From IMG/VR virus record IMGVR_UViG_3300028840_006732: a stretch of 54,393 nucleotides of DNA; one strand, given 5' to 3'. Positions 27,673-36,959 of this stretch are shown one piece after another. The stretch comes from a virus (Duplodnaviria > Heunggongvirae > Uroviricota > Caudoviricetes). Made by a program: the position numbers and the translations under genes. Numbering within the stretch: position 1 is the stretch's first letter; every line of letters starts with the position of its first letter. The notes beneath the pieces were generated by a model. It saw only the letters and a program-made list of their open reading frames with translations. It ran no database searches and was not told the DNA's origin.

Positions 27673-29631
27673 ATGGCGCTTCAGGGAATCCGCTCCCCGT
27701 ATGGGAACTTCAGCGGCGTAGGGGGGCTCAGCTCCGAGGCCTTCCCGAATCCGTTCGACGACGTCGCCTCGCTGGCGATGCCGGACCAGTTTCGCAACGT
27801 CTTGCACTGGTGTGAGTATATCTACAGCGTGTTCGGGACGTACCGGATGGCCATGGAGCGGGTCATCTCCTACTTTCTCACGGAGATCGAGATCTCCGGG
27901 GACGTCAGCGACGAGGAGAAGGAGAAGTTCCAGGACTTCCTCCGCGACACCGTCGACGGTCTGACAACGATCCAGAACCTGCTGCGCGACCGGATGTGCT
28001 ACGGCAATGCGTTCGCCAGTGTCCTGGTGCCCTTCAAGCGGTTCCTCCGTGCTCCCGACAGCGGCGACATGTATCCGCTCCGGGAGGTCTATCGGAACTC
28101 CAAGTTCAGGTTCGAGTGGAGCAACTTCCAGTTCATCGCCACCAACCCCAAGACGGGCTGGCGCGGGCCCTGGAAGGTCGTCGACAAGCCGGACGACGAG
28201 GAGAAGAAGATCCGCATCAAGCGGTGGAACCCGCACGAGATCGAGGTCCTCCACGACCCCTATACCGACGAGACGGCCTACCTGTGGCGCATCCCCGAGG
28301 ATTACAAGAAGCTCATCAAGGACGGCAACCTGTTCCACCTGGAACGGGCCGGCGAGCAGGTCCTCAAGGCCATCAAGTACGACCGGATGTTCCGGTTCAA
28401 CCCGGAAGTCATCTACCACATGAAGGAGCCCACCCTGGGCGGCATGAAGGTTCGGGGTTGGGGCTTGCCTCGTATCCTCTCGAACTTCCGGCAGATCTAC
28501 TACGTCCAGGTGCTCCGCCGCTACAACGAAGCGATCGCCCTGGACTACGTGATCCCCTTCCGGCTGATCACGCCTATGCCTCGCCCCGGTGCCGGCGGCG
28601 GTGGTGGTGGCGGCGCCATGCCCAACCAGGACCTGTTGCAGTCGTTCCACGGCGGCGACTTTGCGGCCCAGGTGAAGAGCATGCTGCGGAAGCGGCGGCG
28701 GGACCCGGCCACCTGGCAGGTCTTGCCGTTCCCCGTCCAGTACCAGATGCTCGGAGGCGATGCCAACCAGCTTGCGCCTCGCGACCTGCTCGACCAGGGC
28801 ATGGAGACGCTGCTCAACGACGCCGGCACGCCGATCGAGCTGTACAAGGGCTCCTTGCAGCTCCAAACTGCGCCGGTGGCCTTGCGTTTGTTCGAGGCTA
28901 CGTGGCATCATCTTGTGCATGACGTGAACAAGTTCCTCCAGTGGCTCGTCGATCAGGTCAGCCAGATCATGAGCTGGGAGGTGGTAGAGGCCAAGCTGAA
29001 GAAGGTCACCATCGCCGACGACATGGAAAAGCAGATGGCTGCTCTCCAGTTGATGATGGGCCAGCAGCTTTCCGGCCACAGCGGACTCAAGGCCATCGGC
29101 TTCGATTGGGAGGCCGAGCAGAAACTCCTGGCGGAAGAGGCCCGGAAGCAGCAAGAGATCCAGTCTCGGATGCAGGAGGAGATGGAGCAGGCCGGTTTTG
29201 CCCAGGAGATCGCCAAGGGACAGATGGGGCCTGGTGGGGCGCCTGCTGCTGGAGGCGGAGCGGCTGCCCCGATGGGCGGCGCTGTCGGCGCTGGTGGCGC
29301 TCCTGCCGGTGGTGGCGCTCCTGGCCCCGACGCTGCTTCCGCGATGGGTGCTGGAGGCACGCCGGTTACGACCTACCTCCAGACGATGGGGCCAAACGTC
29401 CCGGTCACGCCAGAGGACTTGATGACCACGGCCGACCAGCTCGCCAACGAGCTGTTGGGCTTGCCCGAGGGCATCAAGGACTCGGAACTCCGGCGGCTGA
29501 AGCAGTACAACGAACCGCTTCACTCGCTGGTGAAGGAGAAGATGAACGCCATGCGTCAACAGATGCGGACGCAGGGCGGCGCGATGCTACAACAACAACA
29601 GTTCGGCGGTGGTGGAATGGCTGCCGCGTAG
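27673..29631 (+). CDS. phage portal-like protein
   Basis: 652 aa; RDRMCYGNAF, IYHMKE...GWGLPRI and mid-protein RLITP segments follow the portal pattern; Gly/Ala/Gln-rich C-terminal tail; AAGGAGG SD. Confidence 0.7.
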   Translation: MALQGIRSPYGNFSGVGGLSSEAFPNPFDDVASLAMPDQFRNVLHWCEYIYSVFGTYRMAMERVISYFLTEIEISGDVSDEEKEKFQDFLRDTVDGLTTIQNLLRDRMCYGNAFASVLVPFKRFLRAPDSGDMYPLREVYRNSKFRFEWSNFQFIATNPKTGWRGPWKVVDKPDDEEKKIRIKRWNPHEIEVLHDPYTDETAYLWRIPEDYKKLIKDGNLFHLERAGEQVLKAIKYDRMFRFNPEVIYHMKEPTLGGMKVRGWGLPRILSNFRQIYYVQVLRRYNEAIALDYVIPFRLITPMPRPGAGGGGGGGAMPNQDLLQSFHGGDFAAQVKSMLRKRRRDPATWQVLPFPVQYQMLGGDANQLAPRDLLDQGMETLLNDAGTPIELYKGSLQLQTAPVALRLFEATWHHLVHDVNKFLQWLVDQVSQIMSWEVVEAKLKKVTIADDMEKQMAALQLMMGQQLSGHSGLKAIGFDWEAEQKLLAEEARKQQEIQSRMQEEMEQAGFAQEIAKGQMGPGGAPAAGGGAAAPMGGAVGAGGAPAGGGAPGPDAASAMGAGGTPVTTYLQTMGPNVPVTPEDLMTTADQLANELLGLPEGIKDSELRRLKQYNEPLHSLVKEKMNAMRQQMRTQGGAMLQQQQFGGGGMAAA

Positions 29632-29650
29632 ACCCGAAACAGGTGGCCCC

Positions 29651-30448
29651 ATGGCCGTGCGGATTGCCTTCGTCTGTCCCACGTACAAGGAGACAGAACT
29701 CCACGCTTACACGATGGCTTGCCTTCACTCTTTCTTCCAGCACACGAAAGACGGGCTGGCGATCGTGGTCGATGATGCCAGTACCGGCTGGACACAGGCA
29801 CTAGCCAAGAAGCTGGCCGACACCCCGATGTTCCCAGGTCAGCAGTGCGAGGTGCTTCGCTTCAAGAACTGGGGCGGCCTGACTCGCTCCTGGAATCTGG
29901 GGTTGAAGAAGGCCAGCGAGCTGAAGGCCGACTACGCAATCGCCGGCAACAACGACGTGCTCTTCACGCCCCGGTGGTACGAAGGGTTGATGCTGGCCTT
30001 GGAGCACGGCTACCACTTGGCGGGTCCGGTCTCCAACGCCCCGGGAATTACGGCCCAGGGGCTTGCCGAGGTCTGGCGGTACCATCCAAGCTACGAGGTC
30101 AAGGACGACCCCAACTATCTGAAGCAGGTGGCGGAGTACCTGCGAGGAGAACACGCGGGGACGTTGATCGAGGCCAAAGTCAATGGCTTCTTCCAGTTCG
30201 CGAGGATGCGAACCTGGGAGGCCGGCAAGTTCGACGCCGATCACTACTATCGGCCCCGCAACGACTTCAACAGCAAAGGGAAGCGCAATCCCACGCCGTT
30301 GATGACGCTCAACGAGGACGAGTTGCAGGGTCGGTGGCACAGGAAGGGCTGGAAGAGCGTAGTCGTTCCTTCCTCCTTCATCTTCCACTACCGGGCCGTG
30401 ACTCGCGGGAAGAAACATACCCAGGGTCGCTGGTTCCGGAAGAAATGA
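29651..30448 (+). CDS. family 2 glycosyltransferase
   Basis: IAFVCPTYK, IVVDDASTG, GLTRSWNLG, NNDVLF. Confidence 0.85.
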   Translation: MAVRIAFVCPTYKETELHAYTMACLHSFFQHTKDGLAIVVDDASTGWTQALAKKLADTPMFPGQQCEVLRFKNWGGLTRSWNLGLKKASELKADYAIAGNNDVLFTPRWYEGLMLALEHGYHLAGPVSNAPGITAQGLAEVWRYHPSYEVKDDPNYLKQVAEYLRGEHAGTLIEAKVNGFFQFARMRTWEAGKFDADHYYRPRNDFNSKGKRNPTPLMTLNEDELQGRWHRKGWKSVVVPSSFIFHYRAVTRGKKHTQGRWFRKK

Positions 30449-31152
30449 TCACCGTCTACACCTGCGTCACGGGCCGCTACGACGACCTCGTCTGGCCGCT
30501 CGAAGCCCAAGCCGTCAACGATCCGCAGGTGCGGTACATCTTCTTCGTGGACAACGTCCCCGAGGGCCACATCTGGGAGATGGCCAAGGCCAGAGGCTGG
30601 CAGTTCCAGGAGCTGGCGTGGAAGCATGAAGATCCCACCCGCAGCGCCCGCTTCCACAAGATCAACCCCGATCTGGTCCTGCCCGAGGATACGGAGATCT
30701 CCATCTGGATCGACGGCTCGCAACAGTTCAAGGACACTATTCATCCGCGGCGGTTGGCCACCAAGGCAACCGAGAAGGTCTCCATCGCCACCTTCCGCCA
30801 CCCCCTGCGGAGGTGCGTCTACGAGGAGGCCAAGGCCTGCGTGCAGCGGGAGAAGGACGATCCCGAAGTTATTCGCAGCCAGATGGCCCGCTATCGGGAG
30901 CAACTGTATCCTAGAAACAACGGGATGGTGGAAACGGCGTGTGTCATCCGCCGCCATGACAAGCTGGCGACGAGGTTCTGCGAGGCGTGGTGGCACGAGA
31001 TCAGCACGGGCAGTCGACGGGACCAACTGAGCTTCAACTTTGTACACTGGAGACTGGGCATCCCCTACGGGACCATTCCCGGCCACAGGGAGGATTCCCC
31101 GTTCTTCAACTTCCAGCACCACAGGCACATGCGTCGAAATGTCAAGCGTTAG
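30445..31152 (+). CDS. DUF616 (TOD1/MUCI70-like) glycosyltransferase
   Basis: VYTCVTGRYDDL, SIWIDGS, FRHPLRRCVYEE, GSRRDQLSFNF. Confidence 0.85.
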   Translation: MITVYTCVTGRYDDLVWPLEAQAVNDPQVRYIFFVDNVPEGHIWEMAKARGWQFQELAWKHEDPTRSARFHKINPDLVLPEDTEISIWIDGSQQFKDTIHPRRLATKATEKVSIATFRHPLRRCVYEEAKACVQREKDDPEVIRSQMARYREQLYPRNNGMVETACVIRRHDKLATRFCEAWWHEISTGSRRDQLSFNFVHWRLGIPYGTIPGHREDSPFFNFQHHRHMRRNVKR

Positions 31153-32152
31153 CATCTTCACACCGTACCGGCGGGGCGAGATCACGGCCGCAGCGCTGCG
31201 GCTGGCCGATTTCTGCCTTGCAAGGGGCCTGGATCTCAAGCTCAATGCTCTCGGGCCGGTCGAGAAGGACGTCCATCCCTTCTGGGACGACCGCGTCCGG
31301 GCCAAGGCGGACTCGGACTCCTCGACCTACGCCGTGTCGTTTTCCCGTGACACCCCTCAGTACAAGGCCACGAAACACTTGCTGGCGATCCCGCCGCATC
31401 GCCTGGTTCCCTTGACGGAGGCCGTGCGGGCTGCCGGTCTGTTCGATACTGTCGTGCTTCCTTCCCGGCAGTCGATGGACGCCCTGGTGGCGACCTCCCC
31501 GGAACTGGCGCCTGGATTGGCCTGGTGTAGCTGGGATGCCGGCGTAGAGCCTGTCTGCCGCTCCGGAACGGTCGAGGAGGACCGCATCAAGTTCTACGTG
31601 CCGATGGGTCCTGACGCGATCAACGCCGGCGGTCTGTTCATTCTCAACGTGCTCAAGGAGCTGCTCATGCGGCGCTCCGACGTTGACGTGATGATCGACT
31701 CGGATCGGTTGTGGGACAAGCGTGGCCGCAAGATGATCGTGGACATGGCTCGTAACTGGCCCAAACGATTCATCTCGATCATCCGTTCGCCGTTGACGGT
31801 TCAGCTCCAGTGGCTTCATCGCCACGATTGGACTTTCGTCACGGACGTGAGAGCGGGGTTCGGGCTCATGCTGGGACGCTCCCTGGCCTGCGGAGCCCCG
31901 GTGATCGCCTACGACGTGCCACCGTGGTCCGACCTGGTCTGCCCGGGTCACCACGGGATGCTGATCCCTTGCGAGCACAGCATCTCGGTACCTTGGTCCC
32001 CCGTTGCGATCCCCACGTTGGGTCCGACCGTCGATGCCTTGTTGCGGGCTACCCGCGAGCAACTGGCTCTCTGCCGCACGAAGCAGTGGGGGTTGGAGCT
32101 GCGGAAAGCAGCCTTCGAGCGGTTCTGGGCGGGGCAATTTGAGGTCGACTGA
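31139..32152 (+). CDS. GT-B fold (family 4-like) glycosyltransferase, divergent
   Basis: AGFGLMLGRSLACGAPVIAYDVP matches the E.FGL...EA.A.G.PVIA.D motif but lacks the glutamates. Confidence 0.65.
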   Translation: MSSVSIFTPYRRGEITAAALRLADFCLARGLDLKLNALGPVEKDVHPFWDDRVRAKADSDSSTYAVSFSRDTPQYKATKHLLAIPPHRLVPLTEAVRAAGLFDTVVLPSRQSMDALVATSPELAPGLAWCSWDAGVEPVCRSGTVEEDRIKFYVPMGPDAINAGGLFILNVLKELLMRRSDVDVMIDSDRLWDKRGRKMIVDMARNWPKRFISIIRSPLTVQLQWLHRHDWTFVTDVRAGFGLMLGRSLACGAPVIAYDVPPWSDLVCPGHHGMLIPCEHSISVPWSPVAIPTLGPTVDALLRATREQLALCRTKQWGLELRKAAFERFWAGQFEVD

Positions 32153-32204
32153 GAACTCAGGCGTTGCTACCATTGAGCTTACGATTTTCGACAAGGAGGT
32201 CGAC

Positions 32205-32414
32205 ATGATCAACAAGGACAGGATCACGGAGATGGCGATCAAGGCGGCGGCGTATCGCTCGCCGGTCTTGGTTCCCCCTAAGCGAACCACGTCCCACTCT
32301 CGCACCATCAAGGTGCGGAAGAAGAAGAAGGACGAGAAAGAATCCCAGGAGGAGTTGCGGCGCTCCACCGGGAATGTTCAACCGCCGCATCGCTACGGAA
32401 GGAAAGTCCGATGA
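32205..32414 (+). CDS. small basic protein
   Basis: 69 aa, AAGGAGGT SD, KVRKKKK patch; ATGA-coupled to the tubulin gene. Confidence 0.65.
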   Translation: MINKDRITEMAIKAAAYRSPVLVPPKRTTSHSRTIKVRKKKKDEKESQEELRRSTGNVQPPHRYGRKVR

Positions 32415-33781
32415 GTTCCGTCCCTGGCTCCTCCGGCGAGTTCGGACCCAAGCCTAGACAGAAACCCAAGAAGCCCGCGCCCGATGCCGCCATGAAGAAG
32501 TCGTTGGCCGCAGCCAGCAAACCCATGGCACCGGTCCCGCCGATCGCTCCCGAGCCGCCCAAGCCTCCGAAGCCGCCCAAGCCGGCGGAGCCTCCGGCGA
32601 AGAAAGCGGATGACCCCGGAGACGTCGCGTCTCGCTGGGTGCCGGCGGCCCGCCGCCAGGCCTCCAAGACCATCCCGTACGTTGAGGACGACTTCGACTA
32701 CGACGTGGCGTTCGGTCTCTCCTTCGTTGGAGTCGGCCAGGGCGGCGGCCGGATGTCCAACAGCTTCTACGAGCTGGGCTACCGCCGGACGGCTGCCCTC
32801 AACACTACTGAGGCCGACTTCGACGGCCTGCCCGACGCCATGCAGAAGCACAGCTTCGACGTGGGCGGCGCCCGCAAGGACGCCCGTTTCGCTGCCGAGC
32901 AGGTGGACGGCCGCGAGGAGGAGATCTGGGAGCTGCTGACCCGGGCCTGGGGCAACACCTTCGACTACGGCCTGGTCTGCATCGGACTGGGCGGCGGCTC
33001 GGGCTCCGGCATGGGGCCGCAGGTCGTGCAGATCGCCCGCCAGTATATGGAGGACAAGGGATTGCCTCCTCGGGTAGGAGCCATCATCTCCCTGCCCACG
33101 ATGGCCGAGGGACAGCAGGTGGCCCGCAACGCCGTGCAGGCCTTCCAGGCTTTGCTGAAGATGGGCACTAGCCCCTTGATCGTGATCGACAACGCTCGCA
33201 TCCAGAGCGTCTACCGGCCGCCCATGGCCAAGCTCTACGGCACGGCCAATGACATGGTGAGCCAGTATCTCCACCTCTTCAACCGCCTCTGCGAAGCGCG
33301 GCAGGCCCAGATGACCTTCGATCGCTCCGAGTTCGCTCAGATCCTCGACAGCGGCATCGTGGTGATGGGGGCGGCCCCGGTGGGCACGGTCGATTCGATC
33401 GACAGCCCGGCCGACATCGCTCAGGCGATTCGTGAAGAGCTTACCAACAACGTGTTGGCGGAGGTCGACTTGCGGACGGGGCACGTGGGTGCCTGTCTGT
33501 TCGTGGCCAACGATGCCGCCCTGAACACGTTTGACTTGGAGTATTTCAACGCGGGGTTCTCGCAGCTCCGTCGTACCCTGGGCACCAAGAGCAAGGAGGA
33601 CCCCGTCCTGCACCGCGGCCTCTACGAAGGCAGCGGCGACGGCATTTCGGTCTACTCCATGATTGGTGGCCTTCAGCCCCCGGTGAAACGCTTGACGGCC
33701 CTGGCTCGCGAGGCCGGCCTCAACAAGCACGATTCCCCGTCCAAGATGGCCAGCTTCCTGGGCATCGACGACGCGGTTTAG
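32411..33781 (+). CDS. tubulin/FtsZ-family GTPase (PhuZ/TubZ-like) with Pro/Lys-rich N-terminal extension
   Basis: VGVGQGGGRM, LNTTEAD, GGARKD, GLGGGSGSG (tubulin signature), VIDN, ANDMV, T7-like FDRSEF. Confidence 0.9.
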   Translation: MSSVPGSSGEFGPKPRQKPKKPAPDAAMKKSLAAASKPMAPVPPIAPEPPKPPKPPKPAEPPAKKADDPGDVASRWVPAARRQASKTIPYVEDDFDYDVAFGLSFVGVGQGGGRMSNSFYELGYRRTAALNTTEADFDGLPDAMQKHSFDVGGARKDARFAAEQVDGREEEIWELLTRAWGNTFDYGLVCIGLGGGSGSGMGPQVVQIARQYMEDKGLPPRVGAIISLPTMAEGQQVARNAVQAFQALLKMGTSPLIVIDNARIQSVYRPPMAKLYGTANDMVSQYLHLFNRLCEARQAQMTFDRSEFAQILDSGIVVMGAAPVGTVDSIDSPADIAQAIREELTNNVLAEVDLRTGHVGACLFVANDAALNTFDLEYFNAGFSQLRRTLGTKSKEDPVLHRGLYEGSGDGISVYSMIGGLQPPVKRLTALAREAGLNKHDSPSKMASFLGIDDAV

Positions 33782-33791
33782 AAAGACGCAT

Positions 33792-34322
33792 GTGAAGGTT
33801 CCGGTCAATTTCAACTGGGAAGGCATCCAACGCTACCTGATCCAGCGTTTGACCGAGCCTACGACGAAGAAGAAGGTCTTGATCGTCGACGAGGAGATCT
33901 ACGGCCCCATCGAGCTGCCCATTTCCATGGCGCTCGGCCGGGGCCAGTTGCTCCGCTTCCCCGGTTACGGCCAGGTTCAGGTCCTGGAAGCCACGCTCGA
34001 CACCCTGCGTTGCTCCCAGACCGTTGACAAGGAGCTTCACGATGAGTACCGAAGGAACCCCCCGCCGCCCGATCCCGCCCCTAAGTTCCACAAGCCAACA
34101 GCAGCCGAACTTCTCGGGGCTGCAAGGCGAGGCCGGGGGAGATCCGCTGTTCAACCCGGAGACTCACAGCCAGGGCGGGATGCCGAACCTGCTTCAGTTC
34201 CTGGTTGCCGAGTACCTAGCGTACATGGGGCAGGCCAACAAGGACCGGGCGGAACAGGGGCAGGAGCCCCTCGATGCCCAGAAGACCGTCCAGAAAGCGA
34301 AACCCCTGCTCGCTTTCTTTGA
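33792..34322 (+). CDS. hypothetical protein
   Basis: GTG 33792 just after the tubulin stop; C-terminal part overlaps the next gene by 281 nt. Confidence 0.5.
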   Translation: MKVPVNFNWEGIQRYLIQRLTEPTTKKKVLIVDEEIYGPIELPISMALGRGQLLRFPGYGQVQVLEATLDTLRCSQTVDKELHDEYRRNPPPPDPAPKFHKPTAAELLGAARRGRGRSAVQPGDSQPGRDAEPASVPGCRVPSVHGAGQQGPGGTGAGAPRCPEDRPESETPARFL

Positions 34323-34539
34323 GGCCTACCTGAGAACCAACCGCCCCGTGAATGTCTTCCCCATCGACATGAACTACGGGGTGCAGCTCTCCAACCACAA
34401 GCGGTTCGCCGTCTCCCCGGGTGTGGTTGAAGACTTCCGCGGCTCGATGCAGAACAGCGGCGCCGTGGAGGTGACGCACGGTCGCTCGCAGCCCGGGATC
34501 AGCGGCGTCACGGACGGAGGTGGAATAGAGATGCACTGA
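34042..34539 (+). CDS. hypothetical protein
   Basis: ATG 34042 behind AAGGAG. Confidence 0.6.
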   Translation: MSTEGTPRRPIPPLSSTSQQQPNFSGLQGEAGGDPLFNPETHSQGGMPNLLQFLVAEYLAYMGQANKDRAEQGQEPLDAQKTVQKAKPLLAFFEAYLRTNRPVNVFPIDMNYGVQLSNHKRFAVSPGVVEDFRGSMQNSGAVEVTHGRSQPGISGVTDGGGIEMH

Positions 34540-34829
34540 TGGATTGGGTCCTCGGCATAATCACGATCATTGCCCTCGAACTCACCCTGCGAAAGCGATG
34601 GGAGGGCTGGCTGCTGACCTTGTTCAATCAGTGTTTCTGGTTGTACTACATCTTCGTGACCATGCAGTGGGGCTTCCTACTAATCAATGCTGCCATGTGG
34701 GTGCAGAGCGTACGTGGGATCATCAAGTGGCGGAAGGACGACTGGGATGCACTTCCCGACGATCAGAAGGAGGTTCACCTGGCCGCGGCCCGGATTCGAG
34801 CGAAGCATCGGGGGACAGGTCGACGATGA
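34539..34829 (+). CDS. small multi-pass membrane protein, PnuC-like
   Basis: Three hydrophobic segments; W.GW....NQ.FW.YY...GF...N...W....G...W pattern. Confidence 0.55.
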   Translation: MDWVLGIITIIALELTLRKRWEGWLLTLFNQCFWLYYIFVTMQWGFLLINAAMWVQSVRGIIKWRKDDWDALPDDQKEVHLAAARIRAKHRGTGRR

Positions 34830-35026
34830 CAAAAGAGCCGGTTATTCTCCGCGATCCCATGACAGGCGAGCTGTTCGGCGCCGTAATGGACCCCGAGCGG
34901 CCCGACGAGATCCTGGGAGCCAACCGGATTACGCCTGATCCGTTCGCGAAACTCAGACAAGTCTTGATTCCCGGGGCGCTCAAGCATATCGCGGATAAGA
35001 TGGCGGAGAAGACGAAGAATGGTTGA
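34826..35026 (+). CDS. small hypothetical protein
   Basis: ATG 34826 in ATGA overlap; 66 aa. Confidence 0.5.
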   Translation: MTKEPVILRDPMTGELFGAVMDPERPDEILGANRITPDPFAKLRQVLIPGALKHIADKMAEKTKNG

Positions 35027-35381
35027 AGACTTCAAAACCGCTTTTGAGGTTCAACGGTTCCTCTACGACCAGGTCGGCTTCCGCAACTGCGGTCGTCCCG
35101 AGCTGGCCTTGGATGGGCTTCGTGAGCTGTTGCAGCTCGTGCTCAAGCGACAGGAGGCCCAGGGAGAGCGTGACCAGTGGGCGATGCTCACCTGTGACAT
35201 TGACGAGAAGCTCGGAGGCTACGACAATCCCTGGTACTGGTGGGTCTGGCACTGGCTGGGCCACGTCAACCTCGTGGGGCACGGTGGAAGTGTCAGCGGG
35301 TCATGGCTGACCAGCGAAGGTAAACGACTGCTGAGGGGCTTGGAGGCGTTTAGCAGCCGGGAGATTCTCGACGCACGATGA
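35019..35381 (+). CDS. hypothetical protein (HGGSV.G.WLT..G winged-helix-like ending)
   Basis: 120 aa; carries palindrome copy 3 in its first codons. Confidence 0.65.
   Translation: MVEDFKTAFEVQRFLYDQVGFRNCGRPELALDGLRELLQLVLKRQEAQGERDQWAMLTCDIDEKLGGYDNPWYWWVWHWLGHVNLVGHGGSVSGSWLTSEGKRLLRGLEAFSSREILDAR
35031..35048. repeat. palindrome copy 3, TTCAAAACCGCTTTTGAG (17/18 match, inside CDS)
   Basis: Read directly; encodes FKTAFE. Confidence 0.9.
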
Positions 35382-36082
35382 CCGACGAACGAAACGACGT
35401 GTGGGTTCCTGACACACTACAGCCCGAGGAGGCGATCAAGGTCAACGACCTGACCGCGGCTACGGCCCTGGTCGACTACTGGTGGGCTTGGTGCCACGTC
35501 AAGCGGCAGGAGGTCGAGCTGGTCTACGACTTTGGCTGCGACAGCGGCTACGGTAGTCGGATTCTCATCGAGGACACCAAGGCTTTCGTGCAGGGCTTCG
35601 ACGGGGACACGGCCGCCCTGGCCTATGCCCGAGGTGAATACCACCAGCCTTCCCGGAACAGCTTCAAACGTGTCGATTTCGACATGGGGTGGGCCGAGAT
35701 CCTCCACAACATGGCTCCTCAACTGATCATCGCCTTCGACCTGCTGGAGAAGCTCAAGCACCGCGAGCTGTTCCTCGAACAGGTCACGGAGGCCCTCGAC
35801 AAGGGGGGCTGGTTTTTCCTGTCGAGTTGGAATCTCCGCCCCGTCACTGGGCATCGCGGCAAGAAGCCGTACCGCGTCGGCTACAGCCGGAGCGATCTCA
35901 AGCATCTGTTGATGCGCTATTTCAAGGAAGTCTTCACGCTCCAGGACGAGGGTTTCCCCGAGGCCCACTACCTGGAGAAGATGGACGAAGTCGTTGCCGC
36001 ACAGGAGGAGTTCGCCCACAAGAACCAGGGCTTCACCTTCGGCACTCACCTTTTCGCTTGCCACTTACCGATCAAGTTCTAG
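35378..36082 (+). CDS. class I SAM-dependent methyltransferase
   Basis: YDFGCDSGYGSRIL (motif I), GFDGD, IIAFDLLEKL, LDKGGWFFLS. Confidence 0.8.
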   Translation: MTDERNDVWVPDTLQPEEAIKVNDLTAATALVDYWWAWCHVKRQEVELVYDFGCDSGYGSRILIEDTKAFVQGFDGDTAALAYARGEYHQPSRNSFKRVDFDMGWAEILHNMAPQLIIAFDLLEKLKHRELFLEQVTEALDKGGWFFLSSWNLRPVTGHRGKKPYRVGYSRSDLKHLLMRYFKEVFTLQDEGFPEAHYLEKMDEVVAAQEEFAHKNQGFTFGTHLFACHLPIKF

Positions 36083-36084
36083 CC

Positions 36085-36900
36085 ATGCCTCCCGATCCCA
36101 ATACCGATCCTGTAATCCGCCAGACGGAGCAGATGCTCATTCTCTGCGGACATTTCTTCAACGTCTTCTGCGAGCAGAACGACGTCTCGCTGGACGACAG
36201 AGCCAAGGTGCCTATCCAAGACTTCGTGATGTGGCTCCAGCAGATGCTGACCACCATGGGGCTGGAGGGCGAGCTGGCCCACTGCGAGATGGCCGGCGTC
36301 GACCACGACGAGACCTGGAACTTCTTCTACGACAAGATCCACCAGCAGGACGGCATCAACCAGCTTGCCGGCGTCTGGTACCAGATCTGCCTGAAGCATC
36401 GTGGCGAGCCGGCGCACGAGCTAGACTCGATTCATCTGGCCGTGATCCTGAAGTACAAGGACGGCCAGGTCTGTCCCCTCTCCTCGTTCGTGCCTTCGGA
36501 GCTGTCAAGCATGGGCGGCAAGTTCACGGACGGTACGGCCTGCACGCTGGTGCAGAGCAACGCCCACGGGCTGATGGAGATGATCCGCGACATGGGCCTC
36601 GACGGGCTCTACCACCAGTCGACCTCGGCGCCCGACCAGGCCTACGAGGAGCTGATGGGGTTGATCGTGATGATCCTCAACGGGGCGGCGATCATCCCGC
36701 CCGGCAAGGAAATCAAGCACGAGAACCACGTGAAGCTCAACGAGGCTTCCCGGGACCCGTGCCTCAACGTGCAGCGGCTCTTGCAGGGTTTGTTCCGGCC
36801 GATCATCCCGCCCCAGGTGAAGGAGATGATCGCCAACCGGCGGGCCCGGTTGGAGCAGCAGGAGGGTGACCCCGGCAAGCCTTCCGGCGGCTGGGATTGA
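36085..36900 (+). CDS. hypothetical protein
   Basis: 271 aa, strong GC3 codon bias. Confidence 0.7.
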   Translation: MPPDPNTDPVIRQTEQMLILCGHFFNVFCEQNDVSLDDRAKVPIQDFVMWLQQMLTTMGLEGELAHCEMAGVDHDETWNFFYDKIHQQDGINQLAGVWYQICLKHRGEPAHELDSIHLAVILKYKDGQVCPLSSFVPSELSSMGGKFTDGTACTLVQSNAHGLMEMIRDMGLDGLYHQSTSAPDQAYEELMGLIVMILNGAAIIPPGKEIKHENHVKLNEASRDPCLNVQRLLQGLFRPIIPPQVKEMIANRRARLEQQEGDPGKPSGGWD

Positions 36901-36959
36901 CCGTCGTCTCCGGGCGGCGGCACAATGCGCTTGGACATTGGAGCACAAGGAGGTGAGCC

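Noticed and set aside
32411-33781. Cell-division ftsZ in a dcw cluster (given MurB elsewhere)
   Set aside because: No ftsA/ftsQ/mur neighbours, no FtsZ C-terminal conserved peptide, and the MurB domain is 14 kb away inside a fusion.
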